This document shows positions 29,736 to 40,186 of a stretch of 64,000 nt of DNA, in pieces. A model generated the notes under the pieces. The model was given only the letters and a program-made list of their open reading frames with translations. It made no database searches and was not told the DNA's origin. This DNA is from Phycisphaerae bacterium (GTDB taxonomy: Bacteria; Planctomycetota; Phycisphaerae; UBA1845). The DNA lies in assembly GCA_963666835.2 (NCBI GenBank), contig CAXXGO010000001.1:1600001-1664000 (forward strand), read 5' to 3'. The translations under genes and the position numbers were made by a program. Position 1 is the first letter of the stretch, and each line of letters begins with the position of its first letter.

Positions 29736-31187
29736 CTATCCGCCGAGCAACTGCAGCACGTTCTGAGACTGGGCGTTGGCGATGGCGAGAATGCTGTTGC
29801 CCGCCTGCACCAGAATCTGCGCTCGGGTAAGCTCCGAAGTCTCTTGCGCGAAGTCGGTGTCGCGGATGACCGACTGCGAGGAAGTTAAGTTCTCCGAAGT
29901 AATCTGCAGTTGGTTGATATTCGGCTGCAGAGTATCTCGCTCGAACGCGCCAAGTCGTCCGCGTAGGACCGAGACCTGCGTAGTGACTTCATCAACCACG
30001 TCGGAGGCCTCTTTGAAGTTCTCGCTGTGCAGCGAATACCGCTGCCCGCTCTTCAGCTCGGACAAGTAACCGACTAGAGCGTTGCCGAGCTTGTTGGCCT
30101 GCATGCTCTTTACGCCGATGTTGTCCTGCAGGTTGGTGTTGACCTGCGGTCCGAGCTGGAACAGAGCTCCGCCGTCCGTGATCGCAAAGTCTGACGTGCC
30201 CAGACCGGTGGATCCACCCCCAAACGTGGGGCTCAAGGTGAGCTGCGCCTTGAGATTGGTGGTCCTCACCGAGAGCTTAAGTCCATCCGCTCTGCCCGAC
30301 ACTCCGTTGATAGTGGCGACGGCGTCGATTCCGGTAGTGCGGATCACCTGAGAGTCATTCCGATCAACGACGGTGAAGTTCGATTGACCCGCCATCTCGG
30401 TAACGGCGACGAAGGCTCTGCTGCCGTATTCCTGGCTTGCGATGCTCACCCCGCCGACCCCGCTTGTGCCGATCAGAGAGGCGACAACGCCCGTATCATC
30501 GCTCTGGGCATTGATCGCGGTGACGATGTCGTTGCTGGTAGCGCTGGCCGGGAAGCTCAACGTGATGATGCCGTCGGGTCCGGCAATGTCCACCGTAGCG
30601 CCGTTGGCTCCAACGGTCGATTGAGTATACCGAAGTTGAGCGACCGCCGCTGACGTCGACACGTTGACTTCGACCGGTACGTAGGCCCGGGTCCCGAACT
30701 TCGCTCCAAGGATGGATACGTCGGCGAGCTCGCTGGTGTTGACCCCGCTGACTACGTAGTCGAGTTCACCATTGAGCAGTTTCCGTCCGGCGAAGTTGGT
30801 TGTATTGGCGATACGGGTGATTGAATCGATCGATGCGTCTATCTGAAGCTGGTTGGCATCGACCTCCTCGTCTGAGAACGCTCCCCGGTTGGCTGCCTCG
30901 ATGACGAGGGCCTGAATGTCGGTGAGCAAAGAGGCGACCTCGTTAAGCGCTCCTTCGGTGGTTGCGATGACGTTGATGGCTCGGGCGGAGTTCTTCACCG
31001 CCTGATTGACCGCCGCGATCTCGGAACGCAAACGTTCCGATACAATGAGACCGGCCGGATCATCCGCTCCGCGGTTGATTCGCAATCCGCTGGCGAGCCT
31101 TTCAAGCGACAGGCTCAGCGAACGTTGCGACACAGCTAACTGCCTCTGTGCAACAACGGAAGGGATATTACTATTGATCCGTGACAT
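29736..31187 (-). CDS. fliC: Flagellin
   Basis: MSRINSN, LERLASGLRINRGADDPAGL, TNFAGRKLLNG, IRDTDFAQETSELTRAQIL..VLQLLG; AAGGAGG SD. Confidence 0.96.
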   Translation of the reverse strand: MSRINSNIPSVVAQRQLAVSQRSLSLSLERLASGLRINRGADDPAGLIVSERLRSEIAAVNQAVKNSARAINVIATTEGALNEVASLLTDIQALVIEAANRGAFSDEEVDANQLQIDASIDSITRIANTTNFAGRKLLNGELDYVVSGVNTSELADVSILGAKFGTRAYVPVEVNVSTSAAVAQLRYTQSTVGANGATVDIAGPDGIITLSFPASATSNDIVTAINAQSDDTGVVASLIGTSGVGGVSIASQEYGSRAFVAVTEMAGQSNFTVVDRNDSQVIRTTGIDAVATINGVSGRADGLKLSVRTTNLKAQLTLSPTFGGGSTGLGTSDFAITDGGALFQLGPQVNTNLQDNIGVKSMQANKLGNALVGYLSELKSGQRYSLHSENFKEASDVVDEVTTQVSVLRGRLGAFERDTLQPNINQLQITSENLTSSQSVIRDTDFAQETSELTRAQILVQAGNSILAIANAQSQNVLQLLGG

Positions 31188-31257
31188 GAGCAATCCTCCT
31201 TGATTAGCCCGGGTGTCTTCTTGAACACCCTAAGAGGGTCTCCATTCCTGGAGGTTC

Positions 31258-31587
31258 CTATCCTTGTGTCCGGCGAGGCTCGCTCGGCCGGTTCGACTTT
31301 TCCGAGGTTCCATTCTGGTTTTCTGTACGTTGCCCGCCGCCGACCTGTCCCTCTCGGGGCGGGCCCTGATCCGGCTCGACCGGTATGGACAGGTCTTGCG
31401 GATTCAGCTTGGCGGCTTGCTGGTTCTCACGCTTTATGGCTTCGTAGACTTCCTTGCGATGAACCTGAATGCTCCGCGGGGCGGTGATTCCCAAGCGCAC
31501 CTTGTCCCCGCGAATATCAACGACCGTGATTTCGACTTCATCACCGATCATGATGGTCTCATCGCGTTGTCTCGATAGCACCAACAT
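31258..31587 (-). CDS. csrA: Carbon storage regulator CsrA with C-terminal extension
   Basis: [48 protein letters not shown]. Confidence 0.95.
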   Translation of the reverse strand: MLVLSRQRDETIMIGDEVEITVVDIRGDKVRLGITAPRSIQVHRKEVYEAIKRENQQAAKLNPQDLSIPVEPDQGPPREGQVGGGQRTENQNGTSEKSNRPSEPRRTQG

Positions 31588-31807
31588 ACTTGGCTCCTTC
31601 CTTGCAATGCCGATGCGTCGATTGTACACCTCGCGCCGGTAGCGTCGTCGGTGCGAAACCGTCCCCGGGAGGGCTGAGCCCACCAAGGAGCGCTTCGCAA
31701 CTCCGGCTGCCCGACACGCCGACTGTGGATCCGGTCAGCGACGCGGAACCGGCTTCGTTCAATTCGAAGCCGCTATCCCGTCCGTCCGACGCGGTTCGCA
31801 CATTCCG

Positions 31808-32257
31808 CTAGGCCGTCTTGCCGAGGGCGGCGGGTTTGGACAACCGCATCAGGGGATGCCGGGTGGAATACCGTTTGTCACTCAGCACAAGCTGGCGTCC
31901 GTGACGATTCGCCACGTTAATGACCAACGGTCCCTGGCAGTTGCCGGTGAGGAGGTCGTTCACCTTGTTGACGATGATGAACACCTGCGCGCTCTCGACG
32001 TTCTCCACTCCGATCTCCTGAAGTTCCTCGCGTTTCACCGGAACCTGGTAGTCCGCGACGAAGAGCCGCGGATCGCAGACCACGAAGGCCAGATCCGGCG
32101 TACACACGGCCTGAAGCCAGTAGAAACCGCTGCCCTCGCCGGTCTGCACCAGGGCGAACCTCTTCTGCCGGGGGAACCCCAGTATCCCTTCGTCGAAGGT
32201 GATTAGGCGCTCCTCATCCACTTCCAGTTGTCCGAAACGCGACGTTTCTATAATCAT
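31808..32257 (-). CDS. fliW: Flagellar assembly factor FliW
   Basis: MIIETSRFG..ITFDEGILGF, YWLQ, LAFVVCDP, TGNCQGPLVIN..GRQLVL. Confidence 0.92.
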   Translation of the reverse strand: MIIETSRFGQLEVDEERLITFDEGILGFPRQKRFALVQTGEGSGFYWLQAVCTPDLAFVVCDPRLFVADYQVPVKREELQEIGVENVESAQVFIIVNKVNDLLTGNCQGPLVINVANRHGRQLVLSDKRYSTRHPLMRLSKPAALGKTA

Positions 32258-32476
32258 CGCGAGTCTCCCTTGGCCTACTCCTAAGGGTCGGCCTTGCTGA
32301 ACGCCGCGATCGACCCGACGATCGCCGTCCGTAAGCGCTCTGTTGCCCGTGACGGGTCTTTCCGTCACGTCCCGATGTCTCCCATCGGGCGACCTCCAAC
32401 CCACCGGTGCCCCGGCCGAGAGGCACCGTGCGAGTGTCCTGCGACTCCCTTCCCCTTCTCCAACGCTTCCTACTCC

Positions 32477-34417
32477 CTAAGTCAGAAAATCGAGCAGTGA
32501 CAGATTCAGCATGGCGGAACTGGTCTGCATAGTTGCCTGAAACTGAGTCGTGGTCGCCTGCAGTTCTGTCACGGCGGCGGCATAATCCAAATCCTGTATT
32601 TGCGAGAGGAAGATCTCAGTCGAATCCGCGGTGTCCATCGACTGCGCCAGCAAGTCCCGGGCACCCTGCGAGTGTGCCCCGATTATTCCCTGGACTCGCG
32701 TAACCTCATTGACCAGCGGCTCAAGCCGCTGAGCGGCGCGGGTGATTTCGCGGGTGTCGTCGTCCCGCAAGGCGCTTTCCAGGTCCAACAGCGCGGTCAG
32801 AACTCCTTCGGTCCGAATCGGATTGACATCCGCGCCGGTCAACTCGGTTTGCGTTCCGGACGCGGGCTCCTCCAGGCCGAGATCCTGAGCCACCGTGGAT
32901 AAACCCAAAGACGCAACGCTGAGATCCCCGCCTCCGCCGGTGGTGTCGACCAGGCGGATGCCGTTGTCATAAACGCCCAGCGAAGCGCTTACCGACACGC
33001 CGGCGTCAGTAGCGGCAGTGTTGATCAGGTCGATCACATCGCCGATCGTCAAGGCCGTGTCGAGATTGACTTCGAAGGCCGAGCCGTCCTTGGCCGTGAT
33101 TCGAAGGTCGTTACCACCCTCGTCGCGGACGATTCCGGATCCATCATTGAGATCCGTCAAGAGAACGCTGGAGTTGAACGTGCGGATCCCCAGATCGGTG
33201 GCCGTCGTTCCGGTGCCCTCGCTGATGCTCAGTGACGTGCCCGATACCTGGTTGAAGATATCGATGCCGGTTCCGTCGTGGTTGATCGTTGCCAAGACGG
33301 ATAAGCCGCACCCGTTTATTCGATTAATGATGTCCTGGACGGTTTCTGCTCCACGGACGTCAACGGTTACGGTCTCCCCGCCGTTGGTTATGGTCAGACC
33401 GCCGACCAAGTCTATTCCCGTGCCGTCCGACAACAGGTCCACCGGAGTAAGACTCGTCACGCGCGCGCCGAGGTCGGCTCCATCAATCTGCGCCGTTGTC
33501 GGAGTTGTCGTCAAAATCCCCAGGCTTGCGGCGAGAGTGCCGGTGCCGGTATCGCTGATTACAACCTCGCCGCCGCCCGGAGTGATCGTAATCCCGGTGC
33601 TTCCCACGGCGGCCGTCAAAGTGGATCCGGCATCGGCCGCGGCCGCGTTGATCAGGTCGACGACGTCGCCGATCGTATCAGGATCCGTCAGATCTACGGT
33701 GAAGGCTCCGACTCCGCCCGCCTCATTGAAAACGAGCACTCCGCCGGGGATTCCCTGTCCGGAAGCGCCCCGCAGATCTTCGATACGGTTATCCGCGGTC
33801 AGCGTGGGGCTGAGATCCACGGTCGAGGCGAGTTTGGCGGACAGCGCCCCGAACAGGACGTTACCCGGCACATTGACGACGATATCGAGGTCATCGCTGG
33901 CGCGGGTGACGAACTCTCCCGTATCTCCGGTGTAGGCGATTCCGCCCAGGGTGTTGATAAACGGTTGCTCCGTCGTGTCGCGTCCGGCGAAGAGATACCG
34001 GCCATCGAATTGTCGATTGCCGACGACTTGGAGCTGCTGACGGATAGCCGCAATCAACTCGGCGTCGGCCTGACGCTCGGCCGTACTGGTGAGGTTGCCG
34101 ACGTCCTGGATGGCGATGTCGTTGGCTTCGATCAGCAGGGAAGTGATTTCGGTGATGGCGTCATCGGCGGCGGCAAGCGTGTTGTCACCGTGCTGCAAGT
34201 TGGCGACGTATTGTTGCTGTCTCTGCAAGGCCTGAGTCAGATCGGCGGCTCGGGCGGCCGAGGTGGGATCGTCGCTCGGGTTCACGAAGGTCCGCCCCGA
34301 GGCGATCTGGGCTTGCGTGTTGAGCAGTTCGATCTGGCTGGTCCGCAACGAATCGGTAAGCAGGCCGAACCGGAGGTTCTGACTGATGCGTGAGAGATTG
34401 ATGGGACTTATTGCCAT
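32477..34417 (-). CDS. flgL: Flagellar hook-associated protein 3, long form
   Basis: QIASGRTFVNPSDDP, GRYLFAG, DLDYAAAVTEL..LSLLDFL; follows flgK. Confidence 0.9.
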   Translation of the reverse strand: MAISPINLSRISQNLRFGLLTDSLRTSQIELLNTQAQIASGRTFVNPSDDPTSAARAADLTQALQRQQQYVANLQHGDNTLAAADDAITEITSLLIEANDIAIQDVGNLTSTAERQADAELIAAIRQQLQVVGNRQFDGRYLFAGRDTTEQPFINTLGGIAYTGDTGEFVTRASDDLDIVVNVPGNVLFGALSAKLASTVDLSPTLTADNRIEDLRGASGQGIPGGVLVFNEAGGVGAFTVDLTDPDTIGDVVDLINAAAADAGSTLTAAVGSTGITITPGGGEVVISDTGTGTLAASLGILTTTPTTAQIDGADLGARVTSLTPVDLLSDGTGIDLVGGLTITNGGETVTVDVRGAETVQDIINRINGCGLSVLATINHDGTGIDIFNQVSGTSLSISEGTGTTATDLGIRTFNSSVLLTDLNDGSGIVRDEGGNDLRITAKDGSAFEVNLDTALTIGDVIDLINTAATDAGVSVSASLGVYDNGIRLVDTTGGGGDLSVASLGLSTVAQDLGLEEPASGTQTELTGADVNPIRTEGVLTALLDLESALRDDDTREITRAAQRLEPLVNEVTRVQGIIGAHSQGARDLLAQSMDTADSTEIFLSQIQDLDYAAAVTELQATTTQFQATMQTSSAMLNLSLLDFLT

Positions 34418-34491
34418 CCGTCTGTCGCCTTACTCAAAGTTGCCAGAACGGCTCGACCTTCCGTCGGGCCGACCGCGGGCACCGAGCCCGC

Positions 34492-36222
34492 CTAGCTTGC
34501 CAATAACATCAACTCGTCCAGAAGCTCATCCACAACTTGTATGAAGCGGGCGGCTCCCTGGTACGCCCGTTCGTATTTCAGAAGCGAGATCGCTTCCTCA
34601 TCCAAATTCACGCCGCTGATGCTCTCCTTCTGCGTTTGCAGCGACGAAAGTACGGAGGAGGCGGACTCGCTGTTCTGATTGGCGGCGGCCGTCGAGACCG
34701 CTACCGAGTTTGTAAGCGAGTTATAGAACTCGGTGATCGTAACGTCGCCGAGCATCGTGCTGGCGGCCGTATCCAGCGAGGCTATGCGCCCGGCATTGCT
34801 GCCGTTGCCCGCGATGTTTACGGATGCCGCCGCCAGAAGCGACGGCTGTTCTATCAGGGCTTCGTTGACCGCGATGTCGCGGGCGTCGTGGCCCGTAAAC
34901 AGCGTGTTGACGCCCAGAGCGGCGAGCACCCCCGAAGTGTCCTCCCGAGCCTGCGCACCGTCGTACCCGAACACGAAGGTCCTGCCCGTGTCCGCCGTGA
35001 AAGCGATTCGATTGTCGCTGGTTATCGAAGCGGTGACGCCGTCGACCTGAGCGTTGAAGTCGGTGACCAGGGTCTCGAGCGTAGTGTCGGTGCTCTCCCC
35101 GGTGATATTCACGTCAATCTGGTAAGAGACCGGGGTGCCGCTCAGGTCGTCCAGGACGGTTACGAAGAAGCTCCCGTCTTCGGGTGGATTCGCGAGCCCG
35201 GTGGCGCTGTCGGCCAGGCCGGTCGTCCTGCTCAGAACGTCCACCGTTCCCGTCGTAGCAGTAAACCCGGTCAGCCCCTGCCCGTCGGCGTGGATGCGGT
35301 TCACTTCCGTAATGACCGCTACGGCCAGCCGGTCGAGGGTGCCGACCTGCCCCAGAGCGTGCTCGTCCCTTGCCGCGATCAATCCGGCCAGGCGACCGGA
35401 TCCGAGGCCGATCTGCTGGTTGGTATCGGCGAAACGCACCGATGTAAGGGGGATTTCGTCTTCGATCTGTTCTACGGCGATAAGTCCGCGATTGTAACTG
35501 CCCTGCACGAGCGCTTCGCTGCCGACGTAGACGTTAATACTCCCGTTGGGCTGTTCGCGGACGGTTACGTCGAATAGCACACTGAGGTCGCGCAGGAGTC
35601 CGTCGCGCTGATCTCGCAGGCTGGACGCCTGGGCATTCGTGCCGGCTTCTGCGGTGGTGATTTCGGCGTTTAACTCGGCGATCTGGCGAGCGAGGTCGTC
35701 GGCGTTGACGACCAGGCTGGCGATCTGCCCGTCCAGGTCTTCGGCGATTCCCGTGAGGTTGCTACGAAGGGTGGATATTGACGTGGCCAGTTGCGCGCCG
35801 CTGGTCAGGGCGAGGTCCCGGGTGGAGACGTCGTCCGGACGATTCTGCAACTCGTCGAAGTTGTTCAGGAAGTCGACCAGGGTCGTTCCAATGTCGCTTC
35901 CGTCGACGTTGCTGAACAGGGATTCGATTTGGGACAGCGCCTCCAATTGGGCGTCCGCGTAAGCGTCGGTCCCCGCGGCGAGTCGCAGGCGTCCTTCCAG
36001 AGCTTCATCGATGTTTCTTTGGATACCGGTGAGGGCGACTCCGGCTCCGGGCTGCAGGTTACCGCCGATCACGCCGCCCTGGAGCGGACTCATATCCGCG
36101 GACAACCGGGTGTAGTCTTCGCTGCCGGCGCTGCTGACGTTGTTGCCCACGACCTGCAGCGCGGTCTGATAGCCCATCAGAGCAGTCTGGCCGGTGTGTA
36201 GTGCGGAGTTTAACAGTCCCAT
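34492..36222 (-). CDS. flgK: Flagellar hook-associated protein 1
   Basis: ALQVVGNNVSSA, LRDQRDGLL, SISGVNLDEEAISLLKYERAYQGAAR. Confidence 0.93.
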   Translation of the reverse strand: MGLLNSALHTGQTALMGYQTALQVVGNNVSSAGSEDYTRLSADMSPLQGGVIGGNLQPGAGVALTGIQRNIDEALEGRLRLAAGTDAYADAQLEALSQIESLFSNVDGSDIGTTLVDFLNNFDELQNRPDDVSTRDLALTSGAQLATSISTLRSNLTGIAEDLDGQIASLVVNADDLARQIAELNAEITTAEAGTNAQASSLRDQRDGLLRDLSVLFDVTVREQPNGSINVYVGSEALVQGSYNRGLIAVEQIEDEIPLTSVRFADTNQQIGLGSGRLAGLIAARDEHALGQVGTLDRLAVAVITEVNRIHADGQGLTGFTATTGTVDVLSRTTGLADSATGLANPPEDGSFFVTVLDDLSGTPVSYQIDVNITGESTDTTLETLVTDFNAQVDGVTASITSDNRIAFTADTGRTFVFGYDGAQAREDTSGVLAALGVNTLFTGHDARDIAVNEALIEQPSLLAAASVNIAGNGSNAGRIASLDTAASTMLGDVTITEFYNSLTNSVAVSTAAANQNSESASSVLSSLQTQKESISGVNLDEEAISLLKYERAYQGAARFIQVVDELLDELMLLAS

Positions 36223-36228
36223 GGTTTA

Positions 36229-36750
36229 TTATCCGACTGTATCGACAATTGCGGTTCTCGATGACGCAACGACGGCGCCTTGTCCGGAATAGCCTTGGGT
36301 TTCGCTGCGCGGTTTCACGGCCGCAAACACCCAGTTCAGGTGATTGACGACGGTGTGGGCGATGACTCCGGCCGTCCGATTCGCTTCGCCGACTTGGGTG
36401 ATTTTCTCTCGGAGACTGTCGCGGGCGGCGAGCAGAGCTTCTTTCTGCGGTTCGGGCGTGTGCTTCGCCAGTTGTGATATCGAAACGGACCGCGCCTCCT
36501 TCGGCGAAAGGTTCAGTTGCTCACCGATCGTGTCCATGAGTCGACGGCGCAAACCTTCACGTTCGTTGATTCGCCCGACCACCTGTTCTTCCTGCATGCC
36601 CAGCGTGCGCATCCGGCCGACGTCGGACTTCTTCATGGCGTCGATCTTCTCCCGAGCGAGGCTGAGAAGCTCGTCGTGGAGCGTGCCCAGCCTGCCCAAC
36701 AGGCAGAGCAGATCGCTGATCCGGCTTGCTGAGATTGCTTCCGCCATCAT
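36229..36750 (-). CDS. flgN: Flagellar export chaperone FlgN
   Basis: Helical ~170-aa protein between flgJ and flgK; C-terminal YSGQG. Confidence 0.75.
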   Translation of the reverse strand: MMAEAISASRISDLLCLLGRLGTLHDELLSLAREKIDAMKKSDVGRMRTLGMQEEQVVGRINEREGLRRRLMDTIGEQLNLSPKEARSVSISQLAKHTPEPQKEALLAARDSLREKITQVGEANRTAGVIAHTVVNHLNWVFAAVKPRSETQGYSGQGAVVASSRTAIVDTVG

Positions 36751-37076
36751 GCGCTCCCTTCCTGCGCTAATGCTGAGGCTCGGCTCATGCCGATCTGTTG
36801 ACGCTCCAGCCGATCGTAAAGCACATTGGCCAGCCCGCTGTTTCCGGCAGTTCCCATCCGTTCCGCCAGGATGGCGTCCAGTTGGTTGGCGAAGACCTCT
36901 TCGCCCCGGCCGCCGTGTCCGTACTCGCCTTTGATGACACTCTGCCGCATGGTCTTGAGCAGAGTGCCGTAGAACACGGAGCCGACGATCTGCCCGGAGG
37001 TCTTACGCAGGGCGGCGAGATCGCGATCCACGTTGCTTGCGGTGTTTAGCGAGGTACTAGCGGTGTCTACGGTCAT
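36747..37076 (-). CDS. flgJ: FlgJ-like rod-binding protein without muramidase domain
   Basis: FYGTLLKTMRQS..HGGRGEEVF..LD..LA; lies after flgI. Confidence 0.75.
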   Translation of the reverse strand: MTVDTASTSLNTASNVDRDLAALRKTSGQIVGSVFYGTLLKTMRQSVIKGEYGHGGRGEEVFANQLDAILAERMGTAGNSGLANVLYDRLERQQIGMSRASALAQEGSA

Positions 37077-37078
37077 GC

Positions 37079-38218
37079 TTATCCCTCGTACAGAATCCGC
37101 GCGTGCAACTTGCCGGCCCGGTGGATTTCTTCCAGGATCGCTATGCGATCGGCGAACGGTACTTTCAGATGATTGAGGGCCTCGAGAAGATCCTGCACAT
37201 TCGGCAGACGTTTCTCGACGGAATCCAATGGCACGAAATCCAGTTGTTCGAAGGCCGGCTGCGGCGGCGCAGAGCCGTCGGGGAGCGGGTTGGCGACCGT
37301 GACCGTCATCCCCAACTGGGAGACGACTACCGGAGACAGACGCGTGTCACCTGTCACCACGATTGTGCCGCTCGTCCGGTTGATAGTCACCCGGGCTTCA
37401 TTCGACTCCATCAGCAGCGGTGTACGCTCCACATCGCGAATCCAGGATGCCGGATCGCCGCGCTGGTGTTTGGGTACGAGCACCGCGATGTTCTTGCTGT
37501 CCAGAGCCAAAGCCACCCGCTCGACGTTTGCGGAGATGCTCAGTTCCTTGTCGACTGCCTGGGCAATCGCCGCCGCCATAGACCACCCGGCGTGGGTGTC
37601 GTCCAGAACAAGAGTTATGTATGTCTCGCCCGCCTGCACCCAGGGGTTGCGGAACCCGGCACTTCTCAGGTCCGTTCCGGTGGCCAGGACGTTTATTACT
37701 ACGTCGGTTTCCATCCGCGCTCCGTCGCGGATGACCCCGGCGGTCGGGATGTCTTCCGTGACTGCGATCATCCCATGGGCGAAGGCGAAAAGGCCGTCCA
37801 CGTTGCGGTCGTTGTAGATCAAGGGCGTGGACATTAGCCGCCCGCCCATAAGGCTCTTGGCTGCGTGGGCCGTTACGGTGACGTCGAGCAACTCGCCCTC
37901 GCGCGCTCCGTGGTCGGGAATGATGGCCTCGATGGTGACGATCGCGACGTTCTTGGCGGATTGGACGTCATCGATGGAGTCGACCCTAACGCCGAACCGC
38001 GCCATCATTGCCGCTAGACCCTTCATGGTCGGCAGGTACTTACCGCCGTCGCCGGTTCCATTGAGTCCGGTTACCAGCCCGTAGCCCACCAGGATGTTCT
38101 GTCCCTGGCCTTGCAGGTGCGTGATGTCTCCCACACGTGCCGTGGGGATCTGCGCGAACGTCTCGGCAGCGAAGGCGACGATGCCGACAGCCAACAGGAA
38201 TGTGAGGTTCCTTCTCAT
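37079..38218 (-). CDS. flgI: Flagellar P-ring protein
   Basis: NILVGYGLVTGLNGTGD, KNVAIV, AKSLMGGRL, ARVTINRTSGTIV, AGKLHA. Confidence 0.92.
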   Translation of the reverse strand: MRRNLTFLLAVGIVAFAAETFAQIPTARVGDITHLQGQGQNILVGYGLVTGLNGTGDGGKYLPTMKGLAAMMARFGVRVDSIDDVQSAKNVAIVTIEAIIPDHGAREGELLDVTVTAHAAKSLMGGRLMSTPLIYNDRNVDGLFAFAHGMIAVTEDIPTAGVIRDGARMETDVVINVLATGTDLRSAGFRNPWVQAGETYITLVLDDTHAGWSMAAAIAQAVDKELSISANVERVALALDSKNIAVLVPKHQRGDPASWIRDVERTPLLMESNEARVTINRTSGTIVVTGDTRLSPVVVSQLGMTVTVANPLPDGSAPPQPAFEQLDFVPLDSVEKRLPNVQDLLEALNHLKVPFADRIAILEEIHRAGKLHARILYEG

Positions 38219-38222
38219 AGCT

Positions 38223-38936
38223 TCAGAATGGCCTCAGGGCGTCCAGAAGTTGGGGGATCCAGCCTCGCCGGGACGCGGCCCGCAAAGCGCCTTCGTTCTT
38301 GACCACCACGTTTTTCTCCGCGATCAGGGTGCTCAGGATGGTGTTGTCGGCCGTGACGTCTTCCTTGCGGCAGACGCCGGTCAAGGTGATTACGCTGATT
38401 TCGTCATCGTGTTCGACTCGCCCGCGGGCTTCGAGCACCAACTGCCCGTTGGGTTTAACGTCGATGATCCGGGCAGTCAGGCGGGTCGTCAGTTTGTCTT
38501 CCCGGTTGGTATCGCCTTCGTTCTTGGTTTTGTGGTCATACTTGTAGCTGACATTGGGTTTGCCTCGATGGAACGTGGCGGCCCCCAGCCCTCCGGTTGT
38601 CGGTTTGAAGAAGGCGTCGAGTTCACTGTTGATGTCGAATTGCTTCTTCGTTTCCAGATCGGCGTCCGCTTCGAACTTGCGTTGCTCGCGCACGATGATC
38701 GTAATCAAATCGTTGGGCCTGAACGTCTTGGGCAGCCGCGGACGTTCGCCGATCCAGGCGTATTCTTCATAGACCGGGTTACGCTCTACGTGGGGAGCCT
38801 CTCGCGGGGCTTTGGGGATGACCTTGCCGGCCTCGGCTTTTCGCTTTTGAGCGCCTAAGGAGGACGTCTGGGCAACCGTTGGGGCCGTCAGGCTGCCCCA
38901 AAGCACTGCAGTAGTAATGACGATGGTACGTGTCAC
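38223..38936 (-). CDS. flgH: Flagellar L-ring protein
   Basis: DLITIIVRE, TARIIDVKPNGQLVLE, LTGVCRKEDVTADNTILS, GWIPQLL. Confidence 0.9.
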   Translation of the reverse strand: MTRTIVITTAVLWGSLTAPTVAQTSSLGAQKRKAEAGKVIPKAPREAPHVERNPVYEEYAWIGERPRLPKTFRPNDLITIIVREQRKFEADADLETKKQFDINSELDAFFKPTTGGLGAATFHRGKPNVSYKYDHKTKNEGDTNREDKLTTRLTARIIDVKPNGQLVLEARGRVEHDDEISVITLTGVCRKEDVTADNTILSTLIAEKNVVVKNEGALRAASRRGWIPQLLDALRPF

Positions 38937-40111
38937 GACGATGGCCCCCTTATCGCAAGCTGTTCGGCGTTGCGGAAAGCGGCGGCCGCGGCTATCTCCA
39001 CCTGCCCGGGACCAACCACAGTTGCGTCATACTCGACACGCCGATCGTTGGCGGCGCGAACTTTGATCACATCTCCGAGCAGGCCGGTCTCCGCCGCTTT
39101 GCCTGTCGTGGTTATGCGGATTCCCCCGACCACCGAGGCTAAGCTGACCAGTTCGCCGCGCTGGACGAGCGGGACGGCCTCCAACATCTCCGGTTCGATC
39201 AGTGTGCCGACAGGGAGGTAGCGCTTGGCGCGTTGTCCGACAACCATAGCGAGGTTGTCGTGCCCCAGCTTGTCCAGACGCGTTACGGTCATGGGCACCA
39301 GATGCACGTCCGAGGTTCGGACGGTTGCGCCCTGGTTGACCGACCGGCGCGCCGCTACCACCTTACGCATCATGGATACCTGGACGACCATCGGCACGGT
39401 TTGCACCACCCGGTCGTCGGTGAGGATGTCCACCTCTATCGAAGTGAGCCCCAGCGGCGACCCGCGACGGTGTTGAATCCTGAACCTGTATTCCGGACCG
39501 GACAGACCCAGGACGTGTTCCGACACGCGGTCGAAAATAACCTGGCTCTTTCCGTGGTATCGTTCGAACTCGGTGTCGAAGTAGTCGATGATCGCTTGCC
39601 GCAGAGTGGCGGCATGGTTGGTCTCGGCCTCAGGCCGGACTCCGGTTGGTAGTAGGGCGGTGTTTTGCGCGGAGGTCGGCGGGGCGGTGTTCAACGCCGG
39701 AAGATTCGATCGGCGGTTCGAACCCCGTGGAGGGACCGACGGTCGCGATACTGTACATTGCGTTGCCCCGTGCAATGCCAGGGTCGCCATGTTGGCCCCG
39801 CTTGCCGCAATGGCCGCTCGGATCATGTCGATGTGGATGAGTCGCCGTCCGCCTGTCGGCGGGGCGTCGGCGATCGAGAGATCGGTCAACGCCTGCTCGA
39901 TCTCGAGATCAAAGCCTGTCAACTCGCACAGATCGCTCAACTTGACCGTGTCATCAACTACTGAGGCCGAGGGCCAAAGCCGGACCGTGCCGGCAAGCGC
40001 CGGCCCACTGACTGCTCCGACAAGCAGCGCGATCAGTACGAGCCGCCGCCGGTTGAGGCTCCGGCCGGCGTTGTTCGGACTATCGCAATCCTTGCGGGTC
40101 ATCACATGCAT
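38933..40111 (-). CDS. flgA: Flagellar P-ring formation chaperone FlgA
   Basis: C-terminal SAF region VVAARRSV..LVQRGELV..GKAAETG..GDVIKVR; lies between flgG and flgH; exact start uncertain. Confidence 0.85.
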   Translation of the reverse strand: MHVMTRKDCDSPNNAGRSLNRRRLVLIALLVGAVSGPALAGTVRLWPSASVVDDTVKLSDLCELTGFDLEIEQALTDLSIADAPPTGGRRLIHIDMIRAAIAASGANMATLALHGATQCTVSRPSVPPRGSNRRSNLPALNTAPPTSAQNTALLPTGVRPEAETNHAATLRQAIIDYFDTEFERYHGKSQVIFDRVSEHVLGLSGPEYRFRIQHRRGSPLGLTSIEVDILTDDRVVQTVPMVVQVSMMRKVVAARRSVNQGATVRTSDVHLVPMTVTRLDKLGHDNLAMVVGQRAKRYLPVGTLIEPEMLEAVPLVQRGELVSLASVVGGIRITTTGKAAETGLLGDVIKVRAANDRRVEYDATVVGPGQVEIAAAAAFRNAEQLAIRGPSS

Positions 40112-40186
40112 CCTGCATCTCTCAGCTTCGGCCGCGGTTTCGCCCGCAGCTCCTACGGTTGACTCACGTCACGCTGCTTTCCCCGT

